Source of the DNA: a virus | Strand: one strand, 5' to 3' | DNA: 64,000 nt | IMG/VR virus record: IMGVR_UViG_3300024346_008124 | Location: 15,098-79,097 of that record | Part shown: in pieces, positions 10,491 to 19,538 of the stretch | Position numbering within the stretch: position 1 is the first letter of the stretch | Layout of the letters: each line of letters begins with the position of its first letter | The notes under the pieces: model-generated | The model's input: the letters and a program-made list of their open reading frames with translations, nothing else | Database searches by the model: none | Told to the model about the DNA's origin: nothing | Made by a program: the position numbers and the translations under genes

Positions 10491-11242
10491 TTGAAGACTT
10501 TATAAGCGGAGATAAGTTTAAACAATTTTGTGATTTTGATTTTAGAAATCCTAAATTTAGATCAGACAAAAAATCTTATGTTATATACTCCGATCTAGAC
10601 CGCTATGTAGACGCTATAAGCTTTGCCTCTCAGCATAGGGATAGGAATTTTGTTCTTGTTTCTCATAATGGAGACAAGACCGTAAATCATACGGGTCTAC
10701 CGTTAAATATAAAGGCTTGGTATACTCAAAACCTAAACTTTGCTCACGATAGAGTTTTCGCTCTGCCTATAGGATTAGAAAATCCCCAGTGGCACCCCGG
10801 TAAAATTCCTCAGATGCTACGTATGACAGAGTCTTCAAAGCGAGTGAGCAAGGGGTTTTGCCAATTTAATCCAGACACATATCCCAAAGAGAGAAAAGAC
10901 CTAGTACAAGACCTACAAAACAACCAGATAGAGGTAGATTCATACGAATGTATAAACGGTGAAAAATTCTTTCAATACTTATTTAATTTGAAGATTTATA
11001 AATACTGCTTTTGTCCGCGAGGAAACGGAATTGACACACATAGAATTTGGGAAGCTTTATATATGGGGTGTGTGCCAGTTGTAAAAAGACATATAACGCA
11101 TGAGTTTTATGGAGATAAACTTCCTATAATGTTTGTAGATGAATGGCAAGATTTTAAAGATGTTGAATTTAAAATAAGTAGTTTTCAAAACCCCATTTTA
11201 ACAATGAAATACTGGAAAAATAAAATATGTCAAAGCCTTTAA
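10487..11242 (+). CDS. exostosin/GT47-like glycosyltransferase
   Basis: SHNGD, LPIGLEN, YKYCFCPRGNGIDTHRIWEALYMGCVPVV (exostosin C-terminal motif). Confidence 0.8.
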   Translation: MIEDFISGDKFKQFCDFDFRNPKFRSDKKSYVIYSDLDRYVDAISFASQHRDRNFVLVSHNGDKTVNHTGLPLNIKAWYTQNLNFAHDRVFALPIGLENPQWHPGKIPQMLRMTESSKRVSKGFCQFNPDTYPKERKDLVQDLQNNQIEVDSYECINGEKFFQYLFNLKIYKYCFCPRGNGIDTHRIWEALYMGCVPVVKRHITHEFYGDKLPIMFVDEWQDFKDVEFKISSFQNPILTMKYWKNKICQSL

Positions 11243-12165
11243 CAATCGACTTCCGCAATATGTGGGGAGGATTCTTTAAGCACGACAACCTGATAACAAA
11301 TACCCTGTCGCTAGAATATGAAGTCTCTGTAGACGAGCAAAATCCAGACATAGTGGTTTGTCAGGTGTGTCCCAAGAGCCACGGCGCTCCCGATCCCCAA
11401 TCGCTTACCCAGTCGTTAAAAGGTAAGTCTAAAATAATCTATTGGCTAGTAGAGTCTATAGATAGAACGGGAGATCCCGACTATTCAAGCTGTGACTTTT
11501 CTTTTTCTTCCTGTCAACACCAAGATCAGAGAAACGTAAGGGTTCCGCTTTGGTCTATGTATGTTAACTGGTTTAAAGACAAGCAAGAAAGCTATATAGA
11601 GGAAAGAAATCAATCATTTCTAGTTTCGCCAACCAAGCTATTGCAGGCAAGAGATCATTCTCAGAAGAATAAGTTTTGTTGTATATTGACAAATAACGAC
11701 ATGGGCATGAGAAAAGAGGTTTATCCAGCATTTATAGGGCTTGGGATAGAGAACGGATTGCTAGTAGAAAGTAGGGGGCGATACTTAACAAATATGCCAG
11801 CTATATTAGATGGCGAAAAAGATAAGCTAGAATATATAGATGCATTTAAGTTTAACCTTTGCTACGATAACGGAGAGGCCGCCGGTTGGGTTACTGAAAA
11901 ACTAATTCACCCAATATATCAGGGATCTATACCTATCTACTGGGGATGTAGTAACGTTGCTTCAGAGTTTAATCAGGATAGATTTATCCACGCAAGAAAC
12001 TTTGACAATCTACAGTCTATGTGGGACAAAGTTATGGAAATAAACTATAATAGAGACTTATTCTTAGATATTCAGTCACAGCCCTGTTTTCCAAACAACA
12101 CAATTCCTGATTGCGCCAATCCAGAATTTTTGATAGAAGAATTTAAGAAAGTGGTGGAAGCATGA
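11227..12165 (+). CDS. GT10 alpha-1,3/4-fucosyltransferase-like protein
   Basis: K..YI..FKFNLCYDN...GWVTEKL.....GSIPIYWG....EFN...FI (GT10 GDP-Fuc-binding motif). Confidence 0.88.
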   Translation: MSKPLTIDFRNMWGGFFKHDNLITNTLSLEYEVSVDEQNPDIVVCQVCPKSHGAPDPQSLTQSLKGKSKIIYWLVESIDRTGDPDYSSCDFSFSSCQHQDQRNVRVPLWSMYVNWFKDKQESYIEERNQSFLVSPTKLLQARDHSQKNKFCCILTNNDMGMRKEVYPAFIGLGIENGLLVESRGRYLTNMPAILDGEKDKLEYIDAFKFNLCYDNGEAAGWVTEKLIHPIYQGSIPIYWGCSNVASEFNQDRFIHARNFDNLQSMWDKVMEINYNRDLFLDIQSQPCFPNNTIPDCANPEFLIEEFKKVVEA

Positions 12166-13322
12166 CAATAAAACTATGTTCTGACATAATAGACAAACAA
12201 GATATAAACAACTTGATATCTTGGCTAGAGACTATGCCGAGGCTGACAAAAGGCCAAAAAACGTTAGAGTTTGAACAGATGTTTTCTTCCTACGTTGGGT
12301 GTGAGCATTCTATTTTTTGCAACTCAGGGTCTTCTGCGAACCTACTCATCACTTCTGCTCTAATGCAAAGCGGCATGATGAAAAATGATAAAATTATAGT
12401 ACCTCAAGTATCTTGGTCTACAACCGTGTTTCCGGCTATGCAGCTAGGTCTGAAGCCGATAATGTGTGATTGTAACCTTTCAAACCTAGGTATTGATCTA
12501 GATCATTTTGAATGGCTGGTTAAAAACCATAAACCCGCCGCCGTTATATTGGTGCATGTCTTAGGGCTAGAATCAAATATAGAAAAGGTGACGCAAATAT
12601 GTGAGGATCATAATGTTATACTAGTGGAGGATACTTGCGAAAGCTTGGGTTCTTCTGTAGCCGGAAAGAAACTTGGAAATTTTGGGCTAGCTAGTTCTTT
12701 TTCTTTTTACTTTGGGCATCATATATCAACAATTGAAGGAGGTATGGTTTGCACAAATGATAAAGAGTTTGCAGATATTATTAAAATGATAAGAAGTCAT
12801 GGGTGGGATAGAGATTTAGATGAAGAGGCAAAACTTAAATACAAGAAACAGTACGGCGTTAAAGAGTTTGACTCTTTGTATAAGTTTTATTATCAGGGTT
12901 TTAATCTTAGGTCTACTGATTTGCAGGCGGTCATTGGTATAAATCAAATGTCTAAAATAGACAACATATCAAACGTAAGACAAAGAAACTATAATCATTA
13001 CCTAAAGTCTATAAAAAGTGAACTATGGAAACCTCACTCACGACAGGAGGTGGTTTCTAATATGGGATATCCATTAATTGTTGGAAATAGAGAGGATTTA
13101 TCTAGCGCTTTAGACGATAATGGTGTAGAATGTAGACCACTAGTCTCTGGAAGCATGGGCGCTCAACCAGCTTGGAAAAAAGAGTACGGAGAACTGACTA
13201 TGCAGAACGCATCTGTAGTAAATAACAATGGTATGTATGTCCCCAATCATCAAGACTTAACAATTCAAGATATTGACAAAGTTTGCAAAATAATTAACGA
13301 CACAGGAAATCCGCATGTCTGA
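12162..13322 (+). CDS. colD: DegT/DnrJ-family PLP enzyme, ColD-type GDP-4-keto-6-deoxymannose 3-dehydratase
   Basis: NSGSSANLL, VSWSTT, EDTCESLG, SFYFGHHISTIEGG (His in place of the catalytic Lys), RSHGWDR, GFNLRST, ECRPLVSG. Confidence 0.75.
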   Translation: MTIKLCSDIIDKQDINNLISWLETMPRLTKGQKTLEFEQMFSSYVGCEHSIFCNSGSSANLLITSALMQSGMMKNDKIIVPQVSWSTTVFPAMQLGLKPIMCDCNLSNLGIDLDHFEWLVKNHKPAAVILVHVLGLESNIEKVTQICEDHNVILVEDTCESLGSSVAGKKLGNFGLASSFSFYFGHHISTIEGGMVCTNDKEFADIIKMIRSHGWDRDLDEEAKLKYKKQYGVKEFDSLYKFYYQGFNLRSTDLQAVIGINQMSKIDNISNVRQRNYNHYLKSIKSELWKPHSRQEVVSNMGYPLIVGNREDLSSALDDNGVECRPLVSGSMGAQPAWKKEYGELTMQNASVVNNNGMYVPNHQDLTIQDIDKVCKIINDTGNPHV

Positions 13323-14133
13323 AATAATCAATCTAATACCAAACAATCCAGATGTACACGTTTATTCTAGAGCCGTAGAGTTATTGTCTGAAAAGCTGGA
13401 AGAAGACTACTCTTTCATAATAAACGTCTGGGATCACGAAATGCCAAAAGATACTAAGTATCCTAAGATTCTTGTATCGACCTCTGATGAGGCTCATAAG
13501 ATGCCTAGCCAAGCCTATGATGGCAGCTATGTGCATGTGTTTAAGCAATATCAACCCATGATAAACACAGACGACCCCCTTTCTATAATAACTTCTGACA
13601 AAGTTACCGCCATACCCTTGTGCGAGCTAGATGGTATAGAAGATAAACAAATACCAATCTTGGAAAGAGAATACGACTGGTCTTGGATGGGGCAATTTGA
13701 CCCCTACAGAAGAGTAGAATTTAGGAATTCTATAACACAACTAGAAAAAAACGAAAAGTTAAAAAACAAAGTTTTGTGGTATGAGGGATGGAACAATGGA
13801 GAATCTACAGAATCTTACTGTGACGTTTTAAATCAGACAAAGATTATGCCCGTTCCTCGCGGTTCAGGCAGTCTAGAGTCATTTAGATTTTTTGAAGCTG
13901 CTAGATGTGGCTGTATACCCGTTTGCACTCAGCAGCCTCATGTAGATTTTTATAACGTTGCTCCTTATTTTTCAATTTCTTCTTGGTCTCACTTTGGAGA
14001 ATTTGTAGAAAACATGAAACAAAGACAAAGCGAGATGGAATACCTGTCTGAACAGGTTAAAAACTGGCACAAATACTTCTGCTCCCCTCAAGGGCTTGCC
14101 GACTTTATGTACAAGAGGATTAAAAATGTATAA
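13315..14133 (+). CDS. exostosin/GT47-like glycosyltransferase
   Basis: TSDE, REYDWSWMGQ, TKIMPVPRG...ESFRFFEAARCGCIPV. Confidence 0.75.
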   Translation: MSEIINLIPNNPDVHVYSRAVELLSEKLEEDYSFIINVWDHEMPKDTKYPKILVSTSDEAHKMPSQAYDGSYVHVFKQYQPMINTDDPLSIITSDKVTAIPLCELDGIEDKQIPILEREYDWSWMGQFDPYRRVEFRNSITQLEKNEKLKNKVLWYEGWNNGESTESYCDVLNQTKIMPVPRGSGSLESFRFFEAARCGCIPVCTQQPHVDFYNVAPYFSISSWSHFGEFVENMKQRQSEMEYLSEQVKNWHKYFCSPQGLADFMYKRIKNV

Positions 14134-14806
14134 AACATATGTCATGCACTATAAGCCACTACGAGACAGAAAGGAATTTATACTAAAGCAACTGTCTTCA
14201 AAGGGTATAGAAAATTTTGAATTTATAACGGATTTTGATAAAGATGTTTTGACAGAAAAAATCATAGAAGATTACTACCTAGAAGATGAAGAAAAACACT
14301 TCAAAGAGTGCCAAGTCTCTATGAGACAAGGAGAAAAATACCAATTCCAAAAAATGAAGTACGCCAGCATATCCCTTTGTATAAAGCATGTTGAGGCTTT
14401 TGAAAAAACAAAACAGCAAGAAGAAGATTTCGCACTATTTCTAGAAGATGATTGTAGATTTCATCAAGATTCTACATCTTTAGAAGAAATAATATCAAAA
14501 GCGCCACAAGACTGGGATGCCATAGTAATAGGTGGCCCATTTAAACATGATATATGCCAATACAACTTCATAGTCGGAGATGACAATTCAGCCTACTTAA
14601 AAGCTAAACATCCCGCGACTAATACGACTAGTAGTATACTCTACAGAAAGTCTACAGCAGAAAAAATAATGCCGTATGTGAAACCCTTTTCACTACCTAT
14701 TGATTGGCAGCTTAACTTTGCTTTCTGGAAAGCTAAATTAAACGTGTATCACATTTATCCATATATATCCACACAGGGAGACTTTAAGAGTACCGCAAAT
14801 GATTAA
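14126..14806 (+). CDS. GT25-family glycosyltransferase
   Basis: YVMHY..L.DRK, SLCIKH, LFLEDD, LPIDW motifs; start moved to ATG 14126 behind GAGGA. Confidence 0.85.
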   Translation: MYKTYVMHYKPLRDRKEFILKQLSSKGIENFEFITDFDKDVLTEKIIEDYYLEDEEKHFKECQVSMRQGEKYQFQKMKYASISLCIKHVEAFEKTKQQEEDFALFLEDDCRFHQDSTSLEEIISKAPQDWDAIVIGGPFKHDICQYNFIVGDDNSAYLKAKHPATNTTSSILYRKSTAEKIMPYVKPFSLPIDWQLNFAFWKAKLNVYHIYPYISTQGDFKSTAND

Positions 14807-15632
14807 TGTTAAATATGTAGGAAGGCTTGGAAACAACATGTTTCAGTATTCTCTAGGTAGGATACTAGCAGAGTCTATGGGTTTGAGACTTAATTCACCG
14901 CCCATTCCAGAGTTCTCCAGAACTTTTGAACTAGTAAACCCAGAGCGAATAGAACCCTATGAGCCAATTGTTTTTAATGACCACGTTTTAAGAATAAATG
15001 ATGAGCCTGTATCTGTAGAAGATATAGTTAATCTGAAAGATAAAGCCGTATACCTCGATGGATGGTTTCAAAGATACGAATATTACAAGCCCTATAAACA
15101 AAAAATTAGAGAATGGCTGGACATAGAAGATATAGACGTAGGACAGACGGATAACGATGCGATTGTTCACTTACGTATGGGCGATTGTATAACGGGAGAC
15201 TTAGCAAAAGACCCATATGTGATGCCTCATGGGTACTTTAACAAAGCTCTAGAGATTATGGATTTTGATAATCTTTTCATATGCTCAGATCCAGAGACTT
15301 TAAATCATCCACTATTTAAAAAATACATGGAGAATTTTAAAGAATACTGTCCCACACTACTATGTGGAGATAAAATAGAAGATTTTAGAGCCATAAAATC
15401 GTTTGATAAAATAGTCATGTCTCAAAGTACATTTTCTTGGTGGGGTGCATTCTTATCAAACGCTTCTCAAATATTTGTTCCGGTTCCAGAGCCGGGACCG
15501 CACACCAACGAATGGAGCCTAGAGAGCAGAAACGTTGCCGTTTTTGTAGATGACGAAGATAGATACAGCTACTTAAAGCAGTATGGGACAGAGTGGAAAC
15601 TAGTAAACCTTAAAGATATACCGGAGACATAA
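14799..15632 (+). CDS. GT11 alpha-1,2-fucosyl/colitosyltransferase-like protein
   Basis: GRLGNNMFQY, LDGWFQ, VHLRMGD, ICSD, SQSTFSWWGAFL are GT11 motifs. Confidence 0.9.
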   Translation: MINVKYVGRLGNNMFQYSLGRILAESMGLRLNSPPIPEFSRTFELVNPERIEPYEPIVFNDHVLRINDEPVSVEDIVNLKDKAVYLDGWFQRYEYYKPYKQKIREWLDIEDIDVGQTDNDAIVHLRMGDCITGDLAKDPYVMPHGYFNKALEIMDFDNLFICSDPETLNHPLFKKYMENFKEYCPTLLCGDKIEDFRAIKSFDKIVMSQSTFSWWGAFLSNASQIFVPVPEPGPHTNEWSLESRNVAVFVDDEDRYSYLKQYGTEWKLVNLKDIPET

Positions 15633-15633
15633 A

Positions 15634-16209
15634 ATGGAAAACAATTTTTATAACAAAGAGTATTGGTACGATAATTCACAAGAGCATTCAGACGTAGATA
15701 ACTATGGAGAAAATTACTACGCTTACAAAATATATAAAAACTTAATACTAAAACTTAAAGACATACCAGATACAGGATATATTGTTCTACTAGGAACAAA
15801 CAGATGTGTATCGTTTAATTTACTATGTGACCACTTCGGAAAAGATAGGTGTATCGGTTTTGATATTCACAATCCCACAAATCACCCGCGCGTTAAAATT
15901 AAAGACTGCACAAAATTATCAGAACTAGACAATATACCCATAGCATTTTGCCACAACGACTTGGGAAGTTTTCCAAAAACTCCAAAATTAAAAATACATG
16001 GGCAAAATTGGGCTGCCGCAAATATAATTAATGGAGGATATTTTTTAGGAAGGAATAATTTAAATGCTGCTAAATTTAAATCAGAAGAGTTTATGAAAGA
16101 CTTAGGATTTGAAAACAAGCAATTTAAGGATATTGTAAATGATTACGATATGACAGACTTTGAAGAATCTTGCATAGAGGGACACATGATCTCAAGGAGA
16201 ACCGTATGA
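15634..16209 (+). CDS. hypothetical protein, possible SAM-dependent methyltransferase-like
   Basis: IVLLGT, CIGFDI, AFCHND, INGGYF pattern resembles a Rossmann methyltransferase; weak. Confidence 0.45.
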   Translation: MENNFYNKEYWYDNSQEHSDVDNYGENYYAYKIYKNLILKLKDIPDTGYIVLLGTNRCVSFNLLCDHFGKDRCIGFDIHNPTNHPRVKIKDCTKLSELDNIPIAFCHNDLGSFPKTPKLKIHGQNWAAANIINGGYFLGRNNLNAAKFKSEEFMKDLGFENKQFKDIVNDYDMTDFEESCIEGHMISRRTV

Positions 16210-16868
16210 GCATAATAAAAGACTACAATCTAGATAAATACAACTTCTGTGAAGAGGTAAAGAATATTTTTTATGTTGATGAATTAAAAAATCTACACAT
16301 AGAAAGAAGCGATTTATTACCTCAAGATAAATTAAACTTTGACAATGAGACAAAAACAGACTTTCATTCCACCTTTTACGGGGGTTTAAAGTCTAAAAAA
16401 GGAAAGGCTATAAAAGATATTTACAATAGCTTCATTTCCGAGATTGTTGCACCTATGTTTAATAGAAGTTTCGTGTATCAGGCTTTTCCAAGCTTTAGGG
16501 TCCACATACCCAACGACCAAGCTGTGCATAAATGGCACTATGATTCTGACGAAAACCACAACCACCCCGATTGGGAGATAAACTTTCAGCTAGCGCTTAC
16601 TAATATGTACGAAAGTAACGCTATGTGGATAGAATCGGTTCCGGGGCTTAGAGACTTTAAACCTTTGGAAATGAATCTTGGGCAATTCGCAATTTTTTAT
16701 GGCAATCAGTGCGCTCATGGGAATAAGGAGAATACAACTGGTAACACAAGGGTTAGTATGGATTTTAGGGTTATCCCATATGAAAAATATGATGAATCTA
16801 AAGCAAAGAATTCCGCTACCGCAAATACAAAATTTGTTATTGGAGAATATTATAGGCTGTATAAATAA
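16206..16868 (+). CDS. StrG-like 2OG-Fe(II) oxygenase
   Basis: YQAFPSFRVH.P, WHYD (HxD), EINF..ALT, HGN..N.TG.TRVSMDFR; start moved to ATG 16206 (ATGA overlap). Confidence 0.8.
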   Translation: MSIIKDYNLDKYNFCEEVKNIFYVDELKNLHIERSDLLPQDKLNFDNETKTDFHSTFYGGLKSKKGKAIKDIYNSFISEIVAPMFNRSFVYQAFPSFRVHIPNDQAVHKWHYDSDENHNHPDWEINFQLALTNMYESNAMWIESVPGLRDFKPLEMNLGQFAIFYGNQCAHGNKENTTGNTRVSMDFRVIPYEKYDESKAKNSATANTKFVIGEYYRLYK

Positions 16869-17518
16869 TGTACACTAAAACACAAGATGTAATAGAACTA
16901 CTAGAGAAGCAAGGTTACAGTATAAGTGACCCTTGGGATATCGTGGAAGCTTTTGAAGACAAGGTCGCAAAATACGCAGGCAGTAAGTATGCGGTAGCTA
17001 CAGACAGTTGTACCAATAGTATATTTCTATGCTTAAAGTATCTGCAAGCAACCGGCAAAGTGGAAGTCCCGAAGAAGACATATTTATCTGTACCTCAAAG
17101 TGTTATCCACGCAGGATGTGAGGTTGAATTTACTGATCTTGAGTGGTCTGGAGCCTATAGACTAAACCCATATCCAATTGTAGACAGCGCCACGAAGTTT
17201 ACTAAAGGTATGTATATTGAAGATTCGTATCAATGTCTGTCTTTTCACATTAGAAAAATACTACCCATTGCTAAAGGTGGTATGATATTGACAAACGACA
17301 AGAGTGCTGTAGAGTGGCTTAAACTAGCAGAGTACGAAGGAAGAGATAGGCGTGTCCCTCACGACGAAATGCCGCCCCCAGCCATGCTGGGATGGAATAT
17401 GTACATGCCCCCTGAGCAGGCCGCTAGGGGCATAGAACTGTTTGAACAAGCTAAAGACTTTAACGAAGACTCTGGCGGTTCTTGGAAATATAAAGACATA
17501 TCACACTATAAATACTAA
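16868..17518 (+). CDS. short DegT/DnrJ/EryC1/StrS aminotransferase-like protein (C-terminal domain absent)
   Basis: FE...A.Y.G.KYAVATDSCT, DSA, CLSFHIRKILPIAKGGMIL (Lys retained), GWNMYM; only 216 aa. Confidence 0.78.
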   Translation: MYTKTQDVIELLEKQGYSISDPWDIVEAFEDKVAKYAGSKYAVATDSCTNSIFLCLKYLQATGKVEVPKKTYLSVPQSVIHAGCEVEFTDLEWSGAYRLNPYPIVDSATKFTKGMYIEDSYQCLSFHIRKILPIAKGGMILTNDKSAVEWLKLAEYEGRDRRVPHDEMPPPAMLGWNMYMPPEQAARGIELFEQAKDFNEDSGGSWKYKDISHYKY

Positions 17519-17529
17519 TAGGAATTTTA

Positions 17530-18000
17530 ATGATAAATGTATCAGCTTTAATAGGAGACTTAGGACCATCACAAAAGTCTTTTTATCTAATAAAAGCCTT
17601 TAACGAGCTTTCTAGAAATCCAAACCTATCCTGTACGGCTTTTGTTTTAAAGATATCGCCGCCATATACAAAACCTCTTTTTTCATGCTCCAGCGTTTCG
17701 TTTCTTTCTAACTATAACGGTGTATGTTTAGCCACTAACCTAGAAGAAGCTCAAATTCTTCTTAAATCAAACAACAATTCTAAAAAATATCTTTACCTGT
17801 GGGATATGGAATGGATTAAAAGACCAATGAACTACTCTCAGGTCTGCGATATACTGCTAGATGATAGACTAAGTATTATATCAAGAAGCGACTCGCACTC
17901 CTGCATGATAGAAAACTACTGTAATAAACCTCCAATAGCCACCATACAAGATTGGAACCCGTCCCAAATTTTAGAAATACTGGAAAAAACCCATGCCTAA
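17530..18000 (+). CDS. hypothetical protein (possible GT-B N-terminal half)
   Basis: AGGA RBS; KKYLYLWDMEW and IISRS motifs; operon-coupled. Confidence 0.6.
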   Translation: MINVSALIGDLGPSQKSFYLIKAFNELSRNPNLSCTAFVLKISPPYTKPLFSCSSVSFLSNYNGVCLATNLEEAQILLKSNNNSKKYLYLWDMEWIKRPMNYSQVCDILLDDRLSIISRSDSHSCMIENYCNKPPIATIQDWNPSQILEILEKTHA

Positions 18001-18772
18001 TATAGATGAATCTTACGTATTAAAAAAGTATCAAGATAATAGTAGCACATACTCCATAGCAAAAGAACTGAACACATATCCAAAAAAGATAGAAAGGATA
18101 TTGAAAAAGAATGGAGTAACAATGAGAACCCGATCCGAGGCTCAGGCTAATGCTATAAAAACAGGACGAAGCAAACACCCAACAAAAGGAGAAAAGCGAT
18201 CAGAAGAAGACAAGAACAAGATTAGCAGGGGTAAGGAATTAAGCTGGAAAAATACTTCTGACGAAGATAGAGAGAAGTTTTCAAAGCAAGCAAAGGACAG
18301 ATGGGAAAAGATTCCGGCAGATAAGAAAAGAGAAATGATGGAGAAGGCTGGTCGCGCCCTTAGAATTGCGGCTATAGAAGGCTCCAAGGCCGAGAAGTTC
18401 TTAGAAAGAAAGCTTAACGAGATGGGCTATGATGTAGTGCTTCACAAGAAAGATCTTATTGAGGGCAATTTTGAAATTGACTTGTTTTTGCCTCAGTTAA
18501 ACACTATAATAGAGATAGATGGGCCACAACACTTTCTCCCAGTGTTTGGAGAAAAGAAGCTACAGGAAGTTATTAAGTTTGATTCTATCAAGAATGGACT
18601 TCTGGTTTCTAAGGGGTTTTGTGTTGTGAGAGTTAAATATCTTTGTAAGAATATGTCTCGCGCCGTAGAGAGAAGATTGTGGGATTTGGTATCGGAACAG
18701 GTTGGAAAACTACAGGAAAAGTTTCCTCCTAAGAATAAACGTTTCATTGAATTGGAGATAGGACATGAGTGA
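17993..18772 (+). CDS. putative free-standing homing endonuclease (N-terminal HTH, NUMOD3-like helical repeats, Vsr/DUF559 nuclease domain)
   Basis: STYSIAKELNT..KIERILKK HTH; HPTKGEKRSEEDKNKIS repeats; SKAEK...FEIDLFLP...IIEIDGPQH...GFCVVRV. Confidence 0.8.
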   Translation: MPNIDESYVLKKYQDNSSTYSIAKELNTYPKKIERILKKNGVTMRTRSEAQANAIKTGRSKHPTKGEKRSEEDKNKISRGKELSWKNTSDEDREKFSKQAKDRWEKIPADKKREMMEKAGRALRIAAIEGSKAEKFLERKLNEMGYDVVLHKKDLIEGNFEIDLFLPQLNTIIEIDGPQHFLPVFGEKKLQEVIKFDSIKNGLLVSKGFCVVRVKYLCKNMSRAVERRLWDLVSEQVGKLQEKFPPKNKRFIELEIGHE

Positions 18773-19538
18773 TAATTTAAGTACAGATCTATTTGACAAA
18801 GAAGCACTTGAGAAAGAAAAGGACGCAGAAGCAACAGGCCCGGATATGACCATGCCCGCATATGGATGTGACGAGTGGCACGACTATGTCATGAGTAAGT
18901 TTCACAAGTCGGAGATGTACAATGGAAACCCTCTCACCACCGGCCTGCGCAGAGTCGCAGAGGAACTACTGGGAGACATACTGGTGAGTAGACCAGTTCA
19001 AGTAATAGCGTCTGACGATCCCAACGGTCCCGGTAGGGCTACTGTTGTGTTTGAGGTCGTTATTGACTGGATGGGTTCAGGGCAGCTTAGAACTTATGGA
19101 GATGCGGCTGACTGCTGGCATGGTAACTCAGATGACCTATTTTGCGCTCATCCCGCTGCCACGGCTAGCACCAAGGCAGAGGGAAGATGTTTGAGAAAGG
19201 CTCTTAAAGTACGCTGTGTGGCGGCAGAAGAGATCCCAAGAAACAAAGACGTTGTAGCTATCGTGCGGCAGTCTATCGCATCTAAGCCAACTACAGGAGA
19301 GTGGAACGAAGAAGATCCTATTAGCGTTCCTCAAGTTAATTTTATTGATGGGAAGTGTAAACAATTAGACATCGACGTTGTTGAATTTATCAACTCTGGA
19401 GAAGGAAGTTACAAGAACATAGGAGAAGTAAGTAAGAAAACAGCATCTAAGATGCTAGCGATATTGAACGACTATCAGAACAAAGCTAAACCTACCCCTG
19501 CTAAAATTGTAGGGTATAACTCAAACTGGAGAGAATGA
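18765..19538 (+). CDS. Rad52/Sak-like single-strand annealing protein
   Basis: GLRRVAE, ATVVFEV, TYGDAAD, ATASTKAEGRCLRKAL..AEE; C-terminal ISVPQVNFI...SKKTASKML motif typical of phage Sak proteins. Confidence 0.65.
   Translation: MSDNLSTDLFDKEALEKEKDAEATGPDMTMPAYGCDEWHDYVMSKFHKSEMYNGNPLTTGLRRVAEELLGDILVSRPVQVIASDDPNGPGRATVVFEVVIDWMGSGQLRTYGDAADCWHGNSDDLFCAHPAATASTKAEGRCLRKALKVRCVAAEEIPRNKDVVAIVRQSIASKPTTGEWNEEDPISVPQVNFIDGKCKQLDIDVVEFINSGEGSYKNIGEVSKKTASKMLAILNDYQNKAKPTPAKIVGYNSNWRE

Noticed and set aside
14096-16205. ORF-track starts at 14096 and 16170 (also 52480)
   Set aside because: Downstream ATGs (14126, 16206, 52417) have RBS or stop-start coupling and avoid long overlaps.
1-18000. 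Bacterial O-antigen/capsule locus
   Set aside because: No export, polymerase or initiating transferase genes in the window; the operon runs directly into phage-type endonuclease and Sak genes and shares a terminator with a tail module.
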